Positions 59,529 through 64,000 of a DNA stretch of 64,000 nucleotides are shown here, piece after piece (the stretch's first letter is position 1; every line of letters begins with the position of its first letter). This stretch comes from a virus. The stretch is from positions 19,914 to 83,913 of IMG/VR virus record IMGVR_UViG_3300029775_000166; one strand, 5' to 3'. Below the pieces are notes generated by a model. The model worked only from the letters and a program-made list of their open reading frames with translations. It ran no database searches and was not told the DNA's origin. The position numbers and the translations under genes are program-made.

Positions 59529-61523
59529 TTATTTTATCATTTTTATTAAATCATCTTCATTTATAATAGGAATGTTTAGCTTTTCCGCTTTAACATTCTT
59601 TGATGACCCTGATGTAGTGTCATTAGTAATTAAATAATCTGTTACTTTTGTCACTCCGGACACTACCTTTCCGCCATGACTCTCAATATCTTCTACTAAG
59701 GCGTTTCTATTTGAATATTTCAAGAGTTTACCAGTTATGCAGAATGATTTGCCATTAAGTATTGTGTTCGTTTTAACCTCTGCATTAGGCACAATAAATT
59801 CCATTATATTTATTAGTTCAGCAAACATAAGAGAGTTATCATAATTATCGAACCATTTAGTAATTGATTCATGCATTGTTACCCCAAAATCTTCTAATTC
59901 AGCAAAATTAAAATTATTTTTAATCATTTTAATAAAGTTATCTGCACTACCATTACAATATTTACTTATTGTCTTACTTGCAGACTTACCAATTAACGGA
60001 ATTGATAATGAATAAAGAAAATTATCAAACTTTATATGCTTACTTTTATCAATGGCAGCAAGTAATTTATCTACTGATTTTTTACCTAATCCTTCCAATC
60101 CATACATTTCAATTTTATGTTCGCTAAGTTTATATAAATCTGATAGATTGGTTAACCATCCAAGTGATACAAATTTACCAAGCGTTGCATCTGATAAACC
60201 TTCAATATTCATTGCATTTTTACTAGTAAAATGTTTTAATCTACCTAATAGTTTTCCATTACAATGTGTATTACTACATATTAAAAATTTAGTATTATTA
60301 TCTTTTCTAATTTCTGTTTTACTGCCACAAATAGGACAAGTATCCGGTACCCTTATACTATCAGTTTCATTTCCATTAAACTCTACTGAACTAATTTGAG
60401 GTATAATCATATTAGCTTTATATACATTAACAGTACAACCCTTTCTTAATCCAAGTGATTCTAAAATAGATACGTTATGTAATGATGCTCTAGTAACATT
60501 CGTTCCATCAATTAAGACCGGTTCAAACACCGCTGTTGGCGTAAGTATTCCAGTCTTACCCATTGTCCATTCAATGTCTAAAAGTTTTGTAGAATATTTT
60601 TCATCTTCAAATTTATAAGCAATTGAATGCCTAAAAAATTTATCCGTTCTTCCCATTGCTGCACATTCTGAAATCGAATCTGTTAGCATTACAGCACCAT
60701 CAATTGGGTAACTTAATTCTTCTGCTTTTAATCTTAAATTACTCAGCATCTCATTTAAACTACGTCTATTATTTGGATTGTTAGAATAAGTCCACATAGG
60801 GACAATATCAAACCCTAACTTTTCAATTTCTTTTAATTTAGCGTAATTTGAATTAGATTGTCCTATATTATCTAACCCTTTGATAACTCTCCACGCAATA
60901 AATTTTATATTTCTCTTTGCAGTAATGCTACTGTCAAGCAATGTCACTGATCCGGATGCTAAATTACGTGGATTTTTATATTTTTTATCGTCTGGTAAAG
61001 ATTCATTGATTCTATCAAAATCATCATACGTGATAATTGCTTCACCATCTATAATTAAATTACCGTTATTGTTAATTTTCATAGGAATGTTTTTAAATAC
61101 CAGCGCATTGTGTATGATATTAGAACCTTCTTCTCCGTTTCCCCTAGTCTCAGCCGATATTAGTTCACCATTATCATACTCTAAGCTAACCGTCAATCCA
61201 TCCATTTTAAACATAAGTAAGCAATCTCTATTGCCGGCAAATTTAATTAATTCTTCTTCAGTATGGCATTTATCAAGTGATAACATTGGATGATTATGTT
61301 TTACTGTTTCTAATTTACTTATTACTTCAGCACCAACCTTATGTGTTGGTGAATTTGCAAGTATTGTATTTGTTTCTTCTTCAAGCTGTTTTAATTCATC
61401 ATATAATTTATCAAATTCTCGATCAGACATAACTGTATCACCGGTATTATAATAAGCAATCGATGCATCATTAAGTCTAATAATAAGTTCTTTCATTCTG
61501 TATATTTTATTATTTTTATCCAT
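59529..61523 (-). CDS. ligA: NAD-dependent DNA ligase
   Basis: HPMLSL, KMDG, RGNG, DGAV, AYKF, TRASLHN, C4 Zn, HhH, BRCT. Confidence 0.95.
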   Translation of the reverse strand: MDKNNKIYRMKELIIRLNDASIAYYNTGDTVMSDREFDKLYDELKQLEEETNTILANSPTHKVGAEVISKLETVKHNHPMLSLDKCHTEEELIKFAGNRDCLLMFKMDGLTVSLEYDNGELISAETRGNGEEGSNIIHNALVFKNIPMKINNNGNLIIDGEAIITYDDFDRINESLPDDKKYKNPRNLASGSVTLLDSSITAKRNIKFIAWRVIKGLDNIGQSNSNYAKLKEIEKLGFDIVPMWTYSNNPNNRRSLNEMLSNLRLKAEELSYPIDGAVMLTDSISECAAMGRTDKFFRHSIAYKFEDEKYSTKLLDIEWTMGKTGILTPTAVFEPVLIDGTNVTRASLHNVSILESLGLRKGCTVNVYKANMIIPQISSVEFNGNETDSIRVPDTCPICGSKTEIRKDNNTKFLICSNTHCNGKLLGRLKHFTSKNAMNIEGLSDATLGKFVSLGWLTNLSDLYKLSEHKIEMYGLEGLGKKSVDKLLAAIDKSKHIKFDNFLYSLSIPLIGKSASKTISKYCNGSADNFIKMIKNNFNFAELEDFGVTMHESITKWFDNYDNSLMFAELINIMEFIVPNAEVKTNTILNGKSFCITGKLLKYSNRNALVEDIESHGGKVVSGVTKVTDYLITNDTTSGSSKNVKAEKLNIPIINEDDLIKMIK

Positions 61524-61719
61524 AACATACTCCTTCCTATAATGTCAAGCCCTTGACCTATTTAAATTATACAGGAAGCTTTAAGAATTATAGTTTATTA
61601 ATTTGTAGTTTATTGTTTCTTGTAATAATAAGAAAACATATGGCACTACTTTCCCAATTATTTATTATTGAGTTAATAATGTCATATGTATTATTACGTC
61701 ATAAAGTTGCTATTAATCA

Positions 61720-64000
61720 CTAGAAATATTTTAGCCATGTCTGCCTTGTTGTACTTTTATTAGTTTCAATACACATCTTGTAAGCCTTTGGCTCTGCTAA
61801 TAATAAGCAACGTTTCTTTGCTCTAGTAATTGCAGTATAGAGTAAGCAAGTATCCAGTAATGTGTAATGTGTCATGTCAATGATAATTATTACTGTCTGG
61901 TACTCCGATCCTTGACAGTTCCATGCCGATATACCATTTTGAACAAATTGATGCGTTATTGGCATTTCTAAGCAATATGTGTGTTCGGTTGTATCTGTCA
62001 ATGATTTAATTTGTTGTACATCAGTATAATTATAAATATATTTTAGATACTCTACATCATTATCATTAATATTGTTTTCATTACAATAATTTATAAATCT
62101 TCCTAACATCGAATATGTTATTCTATTCCTTCTAAATGTATTGTATAGTGCCTTATCTATTTCACTTGTAGCTAATTTATATTTTTCAATAATTTTCATT
62201 ACAATATTACTTATATACGGAATTGAATAAGTTTCATTCTTAGATTTATGATCATAATATTTAAAAACTTTATTCATTTTTTCATTACTGATAAATCCTA
62301 TTTCTTTAATAAATAAATCGCAATTACTTCCATAAATAAATAATGTATATGATCCTCCTGTATCATTATTTCTAAATAACTTTGTTGATACGATACCTAT
62401 ATTTAATAGCATATATCTAATTTGATCTACTAAAATTTCTTCTTTTGCAGTAAACGAAATGTGATCAAACTTGCCATTTTTAATACATACAGAACCATCT
62501 TCAAAAATACCTTTTAAAAATTCTATTTGATATTGTTTTGGAGCTTTTAAAATAACATCAGGTACATATTTATCATTGGGTTGTATCCCATCAATTTTTC
62601 TACAATAATCTCTTATGAATGTTGAATTAATTTCAGTTAAATACATACCACCCATTTTACCATCTGGTAATACATTTTTAGGTTCTCTGTATGGACTATA
62701 TCCAAAAATCTGATTTACAATATTATTAAAATCATCTACAACATTTTTGTGATTCTTACCATATTTAATCCCACATGAACCAACAACACCGTCAGCAACC
62801 ATATAACCTAAAAACCTAGCAAATTCAAAAGTTAACATAGAAGGCGAATTGTAGATAGCAGCATTGCAGTAAACATCATTTTTATCAATTTTCCATTCTT
62901 GTGGCAATTCTATATTATTTCCATATATGTTCATGTCCTTACTTATTATTATATAATCATTTTCAGTTAAATCTTTGACGGCTTTTGCATGAATGTATCC
63001 ATTGCTTCCAATTAAATTTACCTTGTGGTCTAACGTTGCTGTTAATTCATAGTTCCTTTGGGTGGTAATCTTTTTACATGGAGTAATGCCTGCATTATAA
63101 AAATTTGATGGCTTTTCCATGAATTTACCGTTGTATACTTTTATATCATTATGAATCTTTTTACTTTCCAATACATTAGCACCATTATTAAATGTTTTTA
63201 ATTGTGCTAATCCATTAGATGTATATAGCCATGTATTCTCTGTAATACATTTATGTACCGTCACAGCATAAGCCAAATCAAGCTGATCCAATTCATTTCT
63301 TGAATATTCAATTGTCTTTGTATTACCGTTCATTGTATATTCTACAGTAAATATAATCTTTTTCTCTTTTCCTTGCTTAGCTTCGCTTATACTGGTTATA
63401 TAGCCAACTTCACCATTGAATACATTCTTTTCATAATTGTTTTCTGTCTGCATTACTTTTGAACCAATAAGATATTCTTTTCTTCCTAATTTCATCTTAA
63501 CGTTCTTATCATGTAATAATATGTCGATCAATCTTATATTTATTTCTTCTGCACTATTTAAACAATTATTTCTTCTAGGTGTAATAATAATTACTTCATC
63601 CATCCCGTCTTGCTCTATCGCTTTTAAATATGTATTAATAGCGATATTCTGTAATCCTTCTCTCGTGTCACGAAACATATATGTCATATCCTGCAATTTA
63701 CCTGTAATTATTTTTAATTCTGGTTGTTTGATTGGAGAAATTCCTTCTCTGATCTGATTAGCATCAGATAATATTCCTGACTTTTCAGCTTGTCGTAGCA
63801 CTTTTGTAAGACGGTGAACTCCGATAATATCAGATTTTAATATCAAATCACTGAAAACATTACCATAACCAATAGGCGGTAATTGCATGTTATCTCCACA
63901 CATTATGATTTTTTTACCTTCTTGAATAGCAGAAACTAATGAATAATATATACTAGCATTATTCATTGAACACTCATCTGCTAAAATAACATCACTTTCA
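61720..64000 (-). CDS. recD2: RecD2-like SF1 helicase (5'-truncated by window) containing an intein
   Basis: ILADECSM, GD..QLPPIG, LTKVLRQ, AYAVTVHK|CQGSE, LLYTAITRA. Confidence 0.9.
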   Translation of the reverse strand, partial: ESDVILADECSMNNASIYYSLVSAIQEGKKIIMCGDNMQLPPIGYGNVFSDLILKSDIIGVHRLTKVLRQAEKSGILSDANQIREGISPIKQPELKIITGKLQDMTYMFRDTREGLQNIAINTYLKAIEQDGMDEVIIITPRRNNCLNSAEEINIRLIDILLHDKNVKMKLGRKEYLIGSKVMQTENNYEKNVFNGEVGYITSISEAKQGKEKKIIFTVEYTMNGNTKTIEYSRNELDQLDLAYAVTVHKCITENTWLYTSNGLAQLKTFNNGANVLESKKIHNDIKVYNGKFMEKPSNFYNAGITPCKKITTQRNYELTATLDHKVNLIGSNGYIHAKAVKDLTENDYIIISKDMNIYGNNIELPQEWKIDKNDVYCNAAIYNSPSMLTFEFARFLGYMVADGVVGSCGIKYGKNHKNVVDDFNNIVNQIFGYSPYREPKNVLPDGKMGGMYLTEINSTFIRDYCRKIDGIQPNDKYVPDVILKAPKQYQIEFLKGIFEDGSVCIKNGKFDHISFTAKEEILVDQIRYMLLNIGIVSTKLFRNNDTGGSYTLFIYGSNCDLFIKEIGFISNEKMNKVFKYYDHKSKNETYSIPYISNIVMKIIEKYKLATSEIDKALYNTFRRNRITYSMLGRFINYCNENNINDNDVEYLKYIYNYTDVQQIKSLTDTTEHTYCLEMPITHQFVQNGISAWNCQGSEYQTVIIIIDMTHYTLLDTCLLYTAITRAKKRCLLLAEPKAYKMCIETNKSTTRQTWLKYF
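61918..63249 (-). mobile_element. LAGLIDADG intein (444 aa) in helicase motif V
   Basis: Starts CITENT, block B T.DH, FLGYMVADG and FLKGIFEDG, block F TYCLEM..FVQNG, ends WN followed by Cys. Confidence 0.9.

Noticed and set aside
1381-63757. Many short ORF-track entries antisense to or overlapping long genes (e.g. 1381, 1791, 6694, 8453, 34125, 39810, 60052, 63437)
   Set aside because: Shadow frames of real genes; no RBS or recognisable motifs
1-64000. CRISPR array or cas genes
   Set aside because: No regularly spaced direct repeats with unique spacers; the RuvC proteins are TnpB/IscB
1-64000. Reverse transcriptase or DGR template repeat
   Set aside because: No ORF with RT motifs and no second copy of the VR seen on either strand

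Overview
This window is a 64-kb slice of a very AT-rich, large temperate siphovirus genome (SPbeta-like organisation) from a Clostridia-type Firmicute. No host genes are evident. Bases 1-20.5 kb (+ strand) hold the end of the tape measure gene, Dit, Tal, the baseplate/tail-fibre module, a DGR-type receptor-binding protein and the lysis cassette. An antisense Ig-domain moron and a composite IS200/IS605 element (tnpA-tnpB-'tnpA-RHH-tnpB) interrupt this block. Bases 20.6-24.8 kb hold parA/parB with phased repeats, an XRE regulator and a large serine recombinase. Bases 24.8-64 kb (- strand) form an early/middle region. It contains nucleotide metabolism genes (gmk, two NDTs, thyX-like with an in-frame HNH, dut, nrdJ split by a group I intron), several DNA-modification genes (adenine and cytosine MTases, Mom-like, two PAPS-reductase-like), an IscB element, a solo TnpB, two ligases, an intein-containing RecD2 and about 40 small accessory ORFs. 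The most striking unexplained structure is an 18-bp quasi-palindrome (ATnAAA-N6-TTTnAT), found by eye about 30 times at or just after gene stop codons. The one inverted pair with identical spacers that I found flanks a segment that is demonstrably inverted. This suggests an integron/shufflon-like gene-cassette system. Other highlights are an RHH-controlled divergent promoter driving tnpB, an orphan omegaRNA with covarying base pairs, a DGR variable region whose TR and RT are missing from the window, and a tRNA-like RNA with a ~130-nt expanded anticodon domain. All family assignments come from motif recognition by eye; no searches were run.
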